DNA of 64,000 nucleotides from Macrostomum lignano (lineage: Eukaryota). The stretch lies in the NCBI GenBank assembly GCA_002269645.1, contig NIVC01003924.1:1-64000 (forward strand), given 5' to 3'. A model generated the notes under the pieces. The model saw only the letters and a program-made list of their open reading frames with translations. It was not told where the DNA came from and ran no database searches. Shown piece by piece: positions 1 through 13,300 of this stretch. Position 1 is the stretch's first letter. Each line of letters opens with the position of its first letter. Made by a program: the position numbers and the translations under genes.

Positions 1-683
1 ATCTACACAGAATATTTTCTCACTAATTTAAGCTTTTCGGCCAAATTAGGGACAATAAAGTTTTTACAACGTAAAGCGGTATGATTTTACTATGTATGCC
101 GTGTTCAAGGCAAGCTTGAAAACGCATCATTTCGCTCGCAAAATTCCTAAATAATCGATTATGATTATGCTGGTACAATGTATATACTGCATTGGCTGGT
201 GTACGGTATTAGAAATTTACTAAACCACTGCAACGACTAGTCAGCAATCAGCGTATACGCGAGAAAATGAAGGAAATTTAAAAGAGCTAATGAACTACTG
301 AAAGTAGCTCAGTAAGCATTTTTCGCGAATAGATATTTCGGCAATTTTGGAAGGAAACCAGTACGAGCTATTATGCAGGACAAAAGAATAAAAACCGCAA
401 GAGACTTGAAGCTTATTGCCAGTTGCAAATCTAGTTTTGCGTGCAACAGCTATATTAAATTCAAGGTTTCACAAGCAATATGTGCTGAGATAGTTAAGAA
501 ACTATTGAATGTAATGGGGATTATTTGCCAAAAAATGTACAGACAACAAATGCAAGCAGTTCACAACATAATTACGAGGATAGTTTATTAAAATTGCTAT
601 ATTGTCTTGTTCCACCGCGTTTTACATCAACGTTTAGGAAGGAAAAGAAATTGACTTAAGGGTCCGGTATAAAAGCCGATGAC

Positions 684-1219
684 CTTCTGGGGTGGGTGAT
701 GGGCCGGCTAGCAAACTGATAACCCTTCTGGGGTGGGGTGATGGGCCAGCTAGCAAGCTGATAACCCTTCTGGGGTGGGGTGAGGGGCCGGCTAGCAAAC
801 TGATAACCCTTCTAGGGTGGGGTGAGGGGCCGGCTAGCAAGCTGATAACCCTTCTGGGGTGGGGTGAGGGGCCGGCTAGCAAACTGATAACCCTTCTAGG
901 GTGGGGTGGCCGGCTAGCAAACTGATAACCCTTCTGGGGTGGGGTGAGGGGCCGGCTAGCAAACTGATAACCCTTCTAGGGTGGGGTGAGGGGCCGGCTA
1001 GCAAACTGATAACCCTTCTAGGGTGGGGTGAGGGGCCGGCTAGCAAACTGATAACCCTTCTGGGGTGGGGTGAGGGGCGGCTAGCAAACTGATAACCCTT
1101 CTGGGGTGGGGTGAGGGGCCGGCTAGCAAACTGATAACCCTTCTGGGGTGGGGTGAGGGGCCGGCTAGCAAACTGATAACCCTTCTGGGGTGGGGTGAGG
1201 GGCCGGCTAGCAAACTGAT
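684..1219. repeat. 42-bp minisatellite (~13 copies)
   Basis: GGGGTGGGGTGAGGGGCCGGCTAGCAAACTGATAACCCTTCT units. Confidence 0.95.
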
Positions 1220-1508
1220 GACTAATTGGGGGTTGAGAAGGATAGAAGCATTCTTGAAGATCAGAAAAGGTTTCGCGTTTTTACTCCAGTCTTACCATTG
1301 GTGGCGTTTCCAGATAGTTATATCCTAAATTTAGGACTATTTTTCAACTTCAATCTCCTTTCTTCACCAGAATTTAACATTAAATGAAATTTAATATTTG
1401 CCATATTTGGCTGCATATTTGCCTGCTTAATGATATTATTTAGAGACAAACAATACTTCTAACGCGAATACATTTCTGCTAAATTTAAATATTATACTGC
1501 GGGACATC

Positions 1509-1667
1509 TCACACCGGCATGTCCCGGAAGAACAAGCTGTCAATCTGACGGCACACTTGGTCAGCCTGTCCGTTGCCGCTGCCGCCACCACCTGCTGATG
1601 CCGCCGACACGGTCTCCTGGCTGCCCGCAACCTCCTCGACAGTCTGCAACGGTGCCGGGACTGGCGG

Positions 1668-1698
<31 letters not shown>

Positions 1699-1870
1699 CT
1701 CCTGCTGGTGTCCTCGTCGAATGAAGACGGCAGAAAAATCGCAGGCAGAGCAGTCGGTCCGGAGACTGAGTGGTGGCCGCAGCGAGCCGGAGTCGACGCG
1801 GATACGGCCATGCTGGTCGAGTGCAGCACCGGGAGCGGAGCGAAACGGGCAGGACTGGGAGCTTCGGCGG
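1509..1870 (-). CDS. Protocadherin last coding exon
   Basis: TTTCACAG acceptor in matching phase 1; ends ADQVCRQIDSLFFRDMPV*, resembling invertebrate protocadherin C-termini. Confidence 0.75.
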
Positions 1871-1960
1871 CTGTGAAACGGGGTGACGCAAGGTTTGCAA
1901 TTTAGCTGCCTGCTTAGCCTAGCGAGAATCAGATGCGATAACCGGAGCAGTTGCACTCAC

Positions 1961-2252
1961 CCCGGTGGCTGACTGGAGGGCCTCGGTGCATCTGACAAGC
2001 GGCATTAGTCGATGGCTGGTAGTACACCGGGCCGGAGGACAAGTCCTCGTCCGAGCAGCCCCGGCCACTGTCCGACTGGGCTCCGTCAACAGCTTCAGCT
2101 GGCTGGTTGTGCTGCTGCTGGTGCTGCTGTACAATGTACGGCGAAGGGTGATGCGGTCCGCGAGCAATGGTGCAAAAGTTGCTGCTGGTGGCTGCACAGT
2201 GCGACTGCTGCTGCAGCAGCTGGTGCTGCGGCGTCGAAGCGTCCTCTTTGAT
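1961..2252 (-). CDS. Protocadherin coding exon 6 (cytoplasmic, DSGRGCSDED motif)
   Basis: CTACCAG acceptor and G|GTGAGT donor; DSGRGxS motif typical of protocadherin tails. Confidence 0.75.
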
Positions 2253-2860
2253 CTGGTAGAGCCAAAAGTTCACCTGGCGTGGGAGTTGGGAGTTATGATA
2301 ATCTATAAAAATATTCGCAGGAGGGCTGTGTGGGCACCGACCGACCCGCAACCAACGCTGAGGCAATTCTGCCAATTCCACTGACCCCTGAGCACACACA
2401 ATCGCGCCAATGCTGTACGCAGGCACGCACTCATACACACGCTCACACAGGGTGTACAGCGGTCCTGACTTTCCTATCGCCAGGCATGTACACTCTCTGT
2501 GCATTGGGGGTTGGCCCTCACTACTGTGAATCGCTCGGCAACCCCCTAGGTCAATGTTTTAATGCATAAGCCTCACGAATGAATGTGGCTGCGCACGGAA
2601 TCGAACAAGGGGGCATGGCGTGAGAGTCAGACAAGCACATTAACCTCAGCGCTGCTCTGCCGCCTTAAATTTGGGGTGCTTAGTACCAGATACAGCAGAC
2701 CGAAAAAAAAGCAGAGATGGAAATCATAGCTTTAAAAAGGAACGGTGCAGTATTCTCGGTTATAGCTTTGACAAAGTTCTAAAACTAATTACTGGACTTG
2801 AACTTGATTCCAGTATGATTGCAGTTAGATCTGGGAAGTCCCGTGTTCGGAACAACCCTA

Positions 2861-3050
2861 CCTGGTCACTTTTTCCTGTCTTGCCAGCGCCAGCGCCTGC
2901 GGCTGCTGTCGGCGATTTTACGACCGCGTGTTGAAGCTGCTGCTGATGCTGGAGGTGCCTGGGGTTCGGCAGAGTGCGTCCGCTGCCGATGTCGCCGCGG
3001 CAGTAGCCCTCGTGGATGGGCGAAGCGAATGATGTGGTCACGATTGGGCT
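2861..3050 (-). CDS. Protocadherin coding exon 5 (cytoplasmic)
   Basis: TTGACAG acceptor and CAG|GTAGG donor; the open frame SPIVTTSFASPIHEGYCRGD...GKSDQ is compatible with neighbouring phase-0 junctions. Confidence 0.6.
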
Positions 3051-3139
3051 CTGTCAAGGACGGGATGCAGTGATCAGCAGTCTCCAGTACAAGCTAAGGA
3101 GAACATTGCCTTGAGAATGCGTCTCGTTGCTAAGGGAAG

Positions 3140-3460
3140 CACTCCGATGGACTTGGTTGCTAAAGAAAGTACATCAATGTACCCGGTTGCTAAGGAAAGC
3201 ACTCCAGTGGACCCGGTTGCTAAGGAAAACACTCAAATGGCACGGTTGCTAAGGAAAACATTCAATGGACCCGGTTGCTAAGGAAAACACTCCAATGGAC
3301 CCGGTTGCTAAGGAAAACACTCAAATGGACCCGGTTGCTAAGGAAAACACTCCATTCACAGTTGCTATGGAAAACACTCCAATAGATCCGGTTGCTAAAA
3401 AAAGTACTCCAATGGACCCGGTTGCTAAGGAAAACACTCTAATGGACCCGGTTGCTAAGG
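3140..3460. repeat. 30-bp minisatellite
   Basis: ATGGACCCGGTTGCTAAGGAAAACACTCCA units. Confidence 0.9.
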
Positions 3461-3735
3461 CTTTAGTGGTTGTTAAGATGAACAATCCTACAGGTTCCAG
3501 TTGCTAAGAGAAAAATCCTACAGGTCTGGTTGCCAAGGTAATGACTCTCTCCGAATTTTTTGTTGATAAGATTAAACATTTATACTGCGATAAAAAGTAT
3601 GTCTATACTGTTGCTGCGATAAACAATCACAAAAGTTCCAGTTGCTAAGCAAAATACTCCATTGATCTCGTTGCTAATACAATCACTGTCACTGTTAGAG
3701 AGCAACCAAAATACATCACGTCACACTAGGCTTAC

Positions 3736-4103
3736 CTGAGATCCAGTCTGCCGGTGCAGATCAGTCGGGCCGCCAGCGCCCCAAGCACCGCCCATGATGT
3801 CACCGTCCGCCACAGTCAGGTGCAGCGCCTGCTCCATGTACTGCTGGTCCGCCTCCGTCTCCGGGGGCCGCTTGGAGCCTCGTCCGCCCAGGCCAGACGC
3901 GTACTGGGGCGGGCCGTACATGCCGCAGCAGGCCGATTGACGCACGTGATAGCGATGATGAGGATGATGGCCAGCACGGCTGACACGGCCGCCAGAATCA
4001 CGATGATGATCACGTTGCGCCTGGTGTGCGCGGCGGCCAGCTCGGCTTCGTCCAGCAGATTCGATGGCGGCGGCGCGGCGTCGTTCACGTCGACGTAGAT
4101 CAC
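3736..4103 (-). CDS. Protocadherin coding exon 4 (end of EC7, transmembrane helix, juxtamembrane region); apparent 1-bp frameshift near 3934
   Basis: VIIIVILAAVSAVLAIILIIAITCV TM helix; coding continues in another frame (ACCGMYGPPQY...TGSQ) up to a CAG|GTAAG donor. Confidence 0.8.
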
Positions 4104-4169
4104 CTGCGGGCGACATGCGACAAGTCAGAGACTCAGTTAAAAACGCATAACTCACTTATTGGATCTGTC

Positions 4170-4462
4170 TTCATAGCCAGTCTCTAGATTAGGCGCGCAA
4201 CTCCATAGCCAGTCTCTAGATTAGGCGCGCAACTCCATAGCCAGACCCTAGATTAAGCGCACAACTTCATAGCCAGTCCCTAGATTAAGCGCACAACTCC
4301 ATAGCCAGACCCTAGATTAAGCGCGCAACTCCATAGCCAGTCCCTAGATTAAGCGCGCAACTCCATAGCCAGTCTCTAGATTAAGCGTGCAACTCCATAG
4401 CCAGTCCCTAGATTAAGCGGGCAACTCCATTGCCAGTCTCTAGATTAAGCGCGCAACTCCAT
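4170..4462. repeat. 32-bp minisatellite (~9 copies)
   Basis: CTCCATAGCCAGTCTCTAGATTAAGCGCGCAA units. Confidence 0.92.
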
Positions 4463-7027
4463 TGAAACTTTTCTGGCTTAGGCCTGAAACCCCACTGTGG
4501 CGCCATGGATACAAAAAAGCGATTATTTTCAAGATTCACTGAGCTATTTTGTTGGCCTCAAAGCAAAAACAAACAAAAGAAGGTCACTGCCGTTTATAAT
4601 TGGGGTTGGGCGCTTGTGTCCCCGCGCACGAGACAATGAGACAAGACCAATGGATTTATTTGAGCATTATAACTAGAAAAATCAAAGAACTTTACTGACT
4701 GCGGGGTTGCCAGCTTCACTGCCTTTTAGATCAAATATCTATCGTCTTTCACAAGCAAGCCGGATTGGCCTGAGCAAAAGCATCTTATGTTCCGCCCTGG
4801 GGGGGCAAAGAGCAATTTTTTTTCAAACAAGCGGACGGGCCAGGCCCGCGACTTATAGAAATTGAGGGCAAGCAGGGCGAGGCGGGGTCGGTCGCCGCTT
4901 GAACAGACCAAGCCTGGCTAAGAGAAATCTGGGATTTTGCACCGATTAATTAATAATTTATGTATTCTAATATTCCTTAAGAGGAATTCTGCTGTAGCCA
5001 TTGTGACGCAAGCGTCCCATGAGTAACGACTTTAATGAAAGAGGAGGGAACAACTCTCGTTCTCAATCTTAATCTGCTTGGATATTCTCTCTCTCTGTGT
5101 GTCTGTCTGTCTTTCATTTTCGACTCAATTTGCCTAATTCGATTTTTGGCAATCAGACTGTGAACTGCCGATGGCACCTGTCACAGCGGCTCTCGGAGTT
5201 CTTCTGCAGCTCAAAAACTGGTCAACAAAGGCTTGGCGACCACTTTAGACAGAGGGCTGCATTCACGATTGAAGTCGAGGGGTCGAAAATGAAAAAGAAT
5301 GGGACAGGCGAGAGGATAGATGGTAGATGAAAGTGGGAGGTAAGAGATGAGGGCTGAGATGCGGGGCCAGTCCTTCAGGGTGGGATGGGCAGTTATTGTT
5401 GGGTTGCATAAGAGACTCGGCCACCCTCCCCTGCCGACACCGCTGCGTCCGACATGATTAAAGAGAGGCGTTTGCTGATACGGGAGTGCCGTCGTTTGGA
5501 CAAGGAGGAAAGCCGATTGAAAGGGGAGTGTCTGGTGGCAGCCCCCCCCCCATATATCCTTCCTTTTCCCCTTTCATTTCCCAGCTGCGGGACTCCACCT
5601 CTGCAGAGTTCTTCAAGGATAAGAGAGAGAGAGAGAGAGGTTTTGGGCATTTTCTCCCACCGCTCTCCACCATCTCATTTCCCATGGGAGCGACCCCGCT
5701 GTGCTGTTTAACCGAGAGAGAGAGGAGGGGAGATGGAGAGAAAAAAGAGAATGAAGAAGAGGTGAAAGCAGCAACAGGAATTGATCAGAGAGATGGCACC
5801 GCGACAAGGTGGCCGGCCAAAAGGGGAGATCTTGGCAAGCGATAAACTCGGCCGTTGGGAGTTGAAACACGAGGCCAGGGTGCGGATGAGCAGCTGAGCA
5901 GTGCCTGCAGCCGCTTCATCTTTCAGCTGTCCCGACCTCGCTTGCGTCCGCCGTGCAGCATGGAAGGGGTGCGGTGAATACAAGAGCGAGGTCGGGAAAC
6001 GATGAAGTCAGCTGACGGCATCGATGCATTTCCAAGAAACCCTGAGTCAGCATGCGTCACCTTCAAGCGCGGCGTGTTTTGTGTTTTTCTGTCACGAAAC
6101 CATCGGTCTCCTACGAGTCGGATTTTTTGAGCATCATTAATTTCTGGCCGTGCTGTCGAACGAGTTTCGACTGATACGAAAAAGTCAAACCTGTTCGACC
6201 TCAGCCAGGTCTTGGTCTTGATAGTTGAGCCCTGTCAGTAAGCCAGCTCAAGCGTTAAACTTGAAGTCATTATTGAATACAGGCTTGTATCGCTAGTATA
6301 AAGCTGCACAGTTCACCCTCAGCAAGTCATTTAGCAGCCCATTGTCGCGAGAGACAATGGCATAAGCTTTTTCCATTTCCGCTTAGCCAGGCCCCGGGCA
6401 GAAACTTCTCTGACCGTCGCCACGAGTCCGTAGTCAAAGCCTGGATTACGTAATCCACTCCCGAAGTTAATTTTGGATTAATGATTTTCTATCCGACACA
6501 CAGCTATACAGGCCCGAGAGAGACAACTAAAGGTGCGACTTCATCCATCGGTGTTTCCCATCTGCAATTTTATTATCTATGCCGATATATTTAATATCTA
6601 AGCCAGGGTGTCGCACAGATTCTGGGCGTTAAAGTTAGTGGCGCTAGAATGGCTTGGGCGCATGGCTCAGCAGAGTGCGAGTTAGAGAGCAAATATGCCA
6701 CTGTCAAACACCAGCGAAGCCGCTACCCCCGCCGCTTTTATATCCAGTATGGACTATGGCGCAAATAGAAGTTGAGACCTCTCAAAAAAGTCAATAAATC
6801 AGAGCTTGAGTGGCCCGCCCCCTCCCCCTACTGACTCTCCCTCTTTCTTCTCCCAGGGTTGAGTGCTGGCAGATAGACATATGATTCAGCTGGGTGGGAG
6901 TAGCTGAAGTCACGTGATTTGAACATTTTGCGCCGTCCAAATAAAATTCGCCATATTGAAAATGGCGAATCAACAAAGTAACTTTATAACAATTTTAACA
7001 TGAAAATAAGCAGTCTCATTAGATAAA

Positions 7028-7326
7028 AGCTTCAGAATGGGACAACAGCTTCAGAATGGGACAGCAGCTTCAGAATGGGACAGCAGCTTCAGAATGAGAC
7101 AACAGCTTCAGAATGGGACAACAGCTTCAGAATGGGACAGCAGCTTCAGAATGGGACAGCAGCTTCAGAATGGGACAGCAGCTTCAGAATGGGACAACAG
7201 CTTCAGAATGGGACAACAGCTTCAGAATGGGACAGCAGTTCAGAATGGGACAGCAGCTTCAGAATGGGACAGCAGCTTCAGAATGGGACAGCAGCTTCAG
7301 AATGGGACAGCAGCTTCAGAATGGGG
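7028..7326. repeat. 19-bp minisatellite
   Basis: CAGCTTCAGAATGGGACAG units, ending just beside protocadherin exon 3. Confidence 0.93.
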
Positions 7327-7340
7327 CAGTCGCAATTTAC

Positions 7341-7870
7341 CTTGGCGTCGGAGCGCGGGTGCACAGGGTCCCGGTCAGAGGCCTGCACCATCAGCTTGTG
7401 TCGAGTCATGTCAGACACGTCCAGCGCTCTGGCAACTTTGATCTCCCCGGTATTCGCGTCTATGCTAAACTTCGAGCCGCGGTCCTGTGTGAGGCTGTAC
7501 GAAATCTGCCCGTTGACACCTTCGTCTCCGTCGACCGCGTGAACCTTCTGCACCAAAGCGCCCGGATGGTGCGTGTAGATGCTGATGGTGACAACCGCGC
7601 CGTTTCCACCTGTCGAGTTGCCGCCGCTTGCTGGCTGTATGATTCGCGGTGTCTCGTCGTTGACGTCCAGCACGCGGACCAGGACGAGTTGGTCGGTGGA
7701 CTTGGAGTGCGGCGCCGCCGCTCTGTCGGACACGCGCACCGGGATGCTGTACTCGCTAATCTCCTCGCGGTCCAGCTTGGCTGTGACTACCAGACTGCCA
7801 TTCATGTCAACGCGGAATCGGTCCATGTGGGCGTGCGACAGCTGCGTGAAAAACACCTGGCCGTTCAAGC
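7341..7870 (-). CDS. Protocadherin coding exon 3 (EC6-EC7)
   Basis: LDREE, DVNDETP and AVDGDEGVNG motifs; TCCAG acceptor and AAG|GTAAAT donor. Confidence 0.92.
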
Positions 7871-8357
7871 CTGGACGTTTTTCGTTGGAGGGTAGACGTA
7901 AGTAACACAAGTAATACTCATACGAGTAAGCAGTGAAACTGCTATAAACTTCAGTAAACTGGGACAGAGAACTCGAGAATCAATCAAAAACCAAATATAA
8001 ACTGCAAGCAGAGCGGCTTCAGCCGTAAACACGTCTGAATCTCGGACCACAACGAGCCACCATCTCACGCTTTGATTCCATGCGCAGGCGCATTAATTCG
8101 GGGCTTGTGCACGATTGACCTTAATTGACCTAGGGGAGCTGTCGTGCGATTCACATCCAATAGGTCAATAGGGCCAACCAACCACCAAGGCACAGAGAGG
8201 GTACATGTCTGTCAATTAGAAAGTCAGGGTCTCCATTCACCCTGTGTGAGCGTGTGTATGAGTGCGTGCCTGCGTACAGTATTGGCGCGCTTGTATGTTC
8301 TATCTTACTTTACTTTAAATCAAGGCATCAAATAGAAGCACCGCCAGTCTCGCTTAC

Positions 8358-9342
8358 CAACATCAGCATCCGAAGCAGTCATAACTCCCAGCAGAACTGG
8401 CGGCGCGGTGTTCTCCGTCACCTGGAATGCGGTGACGCCCTTGAACTGCGGCGAATTGTCGTTCTCATCGGTGATGCTCACTCGAAGCTGCGCCGTGCCG
8501 GTGAGGGCCGGCTGGCCGGCGTCCGACACCTCAAGCTGAAGCCGGTAAGAGTCTTTCCTCTCCCGGTCGAAGCTTCGTCTAGCTGAGACTTCGCCGGTGA
8601 CGCTGTCGATGTCGAAGAATTCCTCATCTCCGTTGCCAACCAGGCGGTAGGCTAGCCGAGCATTCTCTCCCTCGTCGGCGTCTTCGGCTTTCAAGGTGGT
8701 GACGATGGCACCTGGCCGGTTGTTCTCCATCAGCTGGGCCTCGATGATTCCGGAAGCGTCCTTGCCCAGGAATCGTGGCGCGTTGTCATTCTTGTCCAAT
8801 ATAGCAACTCGAGCGGTGTAGGTGCTGGTGAGGCTGGGCTGCCCGCGGTCCCAACACACCAGCGTGCCTGTGACAACCGAGTCGCGCTCCCTATCGAACG
8901 TCTTGGTCGAGTGGATGGAGAACATGTTTGGCGAGTCGAGCTGGGCAAACTTGACGCTAAGGAGCCGGTTGTTGTGCTGCGATCGAGTCTCGCATTCTAC
9001 CTCGCCGCTCGTCCCGGAGTCCCGGTCGAAGACGCGTACGGAGCCGATCCTCTCTCCGGCTTCGCGTCCCTCCTGAATCTGCAGCTGACCGCTCTCCTCG
9101 TACTCTGGCGCGTTGTCGTTGGCGTCCTCAACGTTCACCTCTACGACGGTCTTGTCCTCGAAGCGGCCGTCGGACACTTTCACCTGCATAAAGAAAACGG
9201 CCTGGGTCTCGTAGTCTAGCGGCTCCTTGATTGACAGGCTGCCATCCGATAGAATGTCAAAGTGGCGACGCGACTCCTCGGGCGAGCTGGCGTCGATGGA
9301 GTACTCGAGCTCGTGGATCAGGTCTTTGTCCCTGGCTTTCAG
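8358..9342 (-). CDS. Protocadherin coding exon 2 (EC3 to start of EC6)
   Basis: LDYE, FDRE, DANDNAP, DKNDNAP and DENDNSP motifs; TTGCAG acceptor and G|GTAAG donor; phases match the flanking exons. Confidence 0.93.
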
Positions 9343-11294
9343 CTGCAATGGTGGCGGGGGATTGGAGTGATTTAAGTTGGCAAAAATCCACAAATGGTAA
9401 CAAAACTGGATCATATTGATGATGGATGTGCCTTTAAGATTGAATACGATCAGTAAAAAATCGCATTTAACTGCATAGCACAGCTCGAATTGATTACATT
9501 TAGTGATTAAAAGATTTATAGCTGAACATCGTTACTCATTTATCGAATTCTTTCCACTGGCTAGTTGAGCTCTGTGACCAAACTGATCAGAAATTGTCCA
9601 GTCTTGTCGAATTCCCTCGGGAGAACTGGGAAGAATGCACGATTTGTGGCTATCATGCGACTGGGACGCTACTCTGGAGAGACACGGATACTGCATCTCG
9701 ACGATGCGTCACGCAGACTGTCGCGCTCTCATTTGCATTCAGGATGCTGCCGTCCGTCTGTCTGTTCTATCGAGTTTGTTAGCACTCGACACCTCCCAGC
9801 GGAGGGTCGGCTCTCAAAAAAGCAGCCTCCGTTTTATTTACTACTACACGAGCCGTACTGGGGCTTCGCGCGCGACTCGCTAGCCAGCTGGCCCCATGTG
9901 GCGATTACGCAACGACCCGGCTCTCATGAGCGGAGTCGCCTCACATACGCTGCAACAGGCATTTCTCACTTCATTTTTTATTTCGTCTATTCCTTTCCCT
10001 ACGCTTGCCCCCGCGCCTCCCTGTCTCACTGCGTTTCAAATTGTCTTCCTCCATATGAGGAGTCGATTTGATTTGCGCCCAGTCCCAGTCTTGCACGCAC
10101 GCCAAGAGCTGGAATTCCGGGACCGCATCGGCCGGGAGTGAATCCGTACTCGGGCCGGCCAAGCCAAGCCGGGGGGAATTAAAATACACAAAAAATCTGC
10201 ATGCCGGTCGCGATGAAGCTGTCTCTGAAGAGAAAAAATAAAATTTCAACGGCTTCTACACCGAGGGGCGGAGAATTTAGCGGTCTTAATTATCTTCTCC
10301 GCACCCTGGCCACGGTCTCGGTTGCGCCTCCCAGGGGACCGCGGGGTAGCTGGCGTGCGCTGGCGAGGTGGCTGGCGAATGCAAAAAGACGGGACAAATT
10401 TGGGAAGTCTTCCCCCGCCTCATCCCCCTTTCCAGTCTCAATGGGGACCCGGGCTGTATCGGAGAGAGTCTAGACCCTGGTGAGCAGCCCCAAGAAGGCT
10501 GTGAGAGGTGGCAGATCAAATCCCCAATCAGACTCCATTTCCTCTGAACTCTGACGAGTGTGTGGGGGGATATATGGCCAGAGTCATTTTCTCTCCATCA
10601 TTTAGGCCTCAGGCAACTCTCAGGCAAATTAACAAACGTGATTAAACTTCCCAACCGGGAGCCGAAACCGAATGCCGAGGAGCTGGAGGGTCAGACTGGG
10701 CTTGCTATCAACAGATCCCTGAGCTGCACTGCCCTCATTTCCTCTTTGCTAGTTTGGGATCGCAAATTACCTCTGCTGGAGGGTGGGGAGAGACAGGTAG
10801 GTATCGTCTTTCCGTGACACTTCCTTAAATTGGATCTCCAGTTTGTCCGGCCCTCCAAATCTGTTGCGCAATAACTGTGTCAACAGGTTTTACAGTAAGC
10901 TGTCGACGGGCGTTCAATGACTGGCAGTCCAAATTATCTTTTTCCCCTGGGTTTTTGCCCGTGACTCTTATAAAATCAAGTCAATATGTAAAGGTGGGCG
11001 GGAGGTGCAATATTGGCCTCCAGATTGGGAGCAACTGAGCAAATGAAGTCAGGTAGACTAGACGTAGGGGCTGACAGACAGTCAATATCCCAGTACTGCA
11101 GTGGCAGCTCTGCCCCAACCTTTAACAGTAACTCCGCATTTTCCAATATTCAAGCATAATGCCCCCGGCTAGACTGCCACTTGTTTGACACTTTCTCGCA
11201 CGCCAGTATACGGTACCATCTGTTTTTTAGTTTGCAACTTGCATTTTCGTGAGCCAACCTTGCACTTTTTAATCCAAGTAGATTTTGGGTTTTG

Positions 11295-13300
11295 GACCTC
11301 AGGATCCGAGATTGCTAGAATCGGGATCTCAGGATCCAGGATTGCTACAATCGGGATCTCAGGATCCGGGATTGCTACAATCGGGATCTCAGGATCCGGG
11401 ATTGCTAGAATCGGGACCTCAGGATCCAGGATTGCTACAATCGAGACCTCAGGATCCAGGATTGCTACAATCGGGACCTCAGGATCCAGGACTGCTACAA
11501 TAGGGACCTCAGGATCCGGGATTGCTACAATCGGGACCTCAGGATCCAGGACTGCTACAATAGGGACCTCAGGATCCGGGATTGCTACAATCGAGACCTC
11601 AGGATCCAGGATTGCTACAATCGGGACCTCAGGATCCAGGATTGCTACAATCGGGACCTCAGGATCCGGGATTGCTAGAATCGGGACCTCAGGATCCAGG
11701 ACTGCTACAATAGGGACCTCAGGATCCGGGATTGCTAGAATCGGGATCTCAGGATCCGGGATTGCTACAATCGGGACCTCAGGATCCAGGACTGCTACAA
11801 TAGGGACCTCAGGATCCGAGATTGCTAGAATCGGGACCTCAGGATCCAGGATTGCTACAATCGGGACCTCAGGATCCAGGACTGCTACAATAGGGACCTC
11901 AGGATCCGGGATTGCTACAATCGGGATCTCAGGATCCGGGATTGCTAGAATCGGGACCTCAGGATCCAGGACTGCTACAATAGGGACCTCAGGATCCACG
12001 ATTGCTAGAATCGAGACCTCAGGATCCAGGATTGCTACAATCGAGACCTCAGGATCCAGGACTGCTACAATCGGGACCTCAGGATCCGGGATTGCTACAA
12101 TCGGGACCTCAGGATCCAGGACTGCTACAATAGGGACCTCAGGATCCAGGACTGCTACAATCGGGATCTCAGGATCCAGGATTGCTATAATCGGGACCTC
12201 AGGATCCACGATTGCTAGAATCGAGACCTCAGGATCCAGGATTGCTACAATCGAGACCTCAGGATCCAGGACTGCTACAATCGGGACCTCAGGATCCGGG
12301 ATTGCTAGAATCGGGACCTCAGGATCCGGGATTGCTACAATCGGGACCTCAGGATCCAGGATTGCTACAATCGAGACCTCAGGAGCCAGGATTGCTACAA
12401 TCGGGACCTCAGGATCCAGGATTGCTACAATAGGGACCTCAGGATCCGGGATTGCTACAATCGGGATCTCAGGATCCGGGATTGCTAGAATCGGGACCTC
12501 AGGATCCAGGACTGCTACAATAGGGACCTCAGGATCCGGGATTGCTACAATCGGGATCTCAGGATCCGGGATTGCTACAATCGGGACCTCAGGATTCAGG
12601 ACTGCTACAATAGGGACCTCAGGATCCGAGATTGCTAGAATCGGGACCTCAGGATCCAGGATTGCTACAATCGGGACCTCAGGATCCAGGACTGCTACAA
12701 TAGGGACCTCAGGATCCGGGATTGCTACAATCGGGATCTCAGGATCCGGGATTGCTAGAATCGGGACCTCAGGATCCAGGACTGCTACAATAGGGACCTC
12801 AGGATCTAGGACTGCTACAATCGGGATCTCAGGATCCAGGATTGCTATAATCGGGACCTCAGGATCCACGATTGCTAGAATCGAGACCTCAGGATCCAGG
12901 ATTGCTACAATCGGGACCTCAGGATCCGGGATTGCTAGAATCGGGACCTCAGGATCCGGGATTGCTAGAATCGGGACCTCAGGATCCAGGATTGCTACAA
13001 TCGAGACCTCAGGAGCCAGGATTGCTACAATCGGGACCTCAGGATCCAGGATTGCTACAATAGGGACCTCAGGATCCGGGATTGCTACAATCGGGATCTC
13101 AGGATCCGGGATTGCTAGAATCGGGACCTCAGGATCCAGGATTGCTACAATCGAGACCTCAGGATCCGGGATTGCTACAATCGGGACCTCAGGATCCGGG
13201 ATTGCTAGAATCGGGACCTCAGGATCCGGGATTGCTACAATCGGGACCTCAGGATCCGGGATTGCTACAATCGGGATCTCAGGATCCGGGACTGCTAGAA
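11295..13300. repeat. 30-bp intronic satellite (~67 copies)
   Basis: TCAGGATCCGGGATTGCTACAATCGGGACC units with higher-order variant patterns. Confidence 0.97.

Noticed and set aside
1573-2384. Plus-strand poly-Cys, poly-Ala and hydrophobic ORFs
   Set aside because: Antisense shadows of the GC-rich, CAG-containing protocadherin exons.
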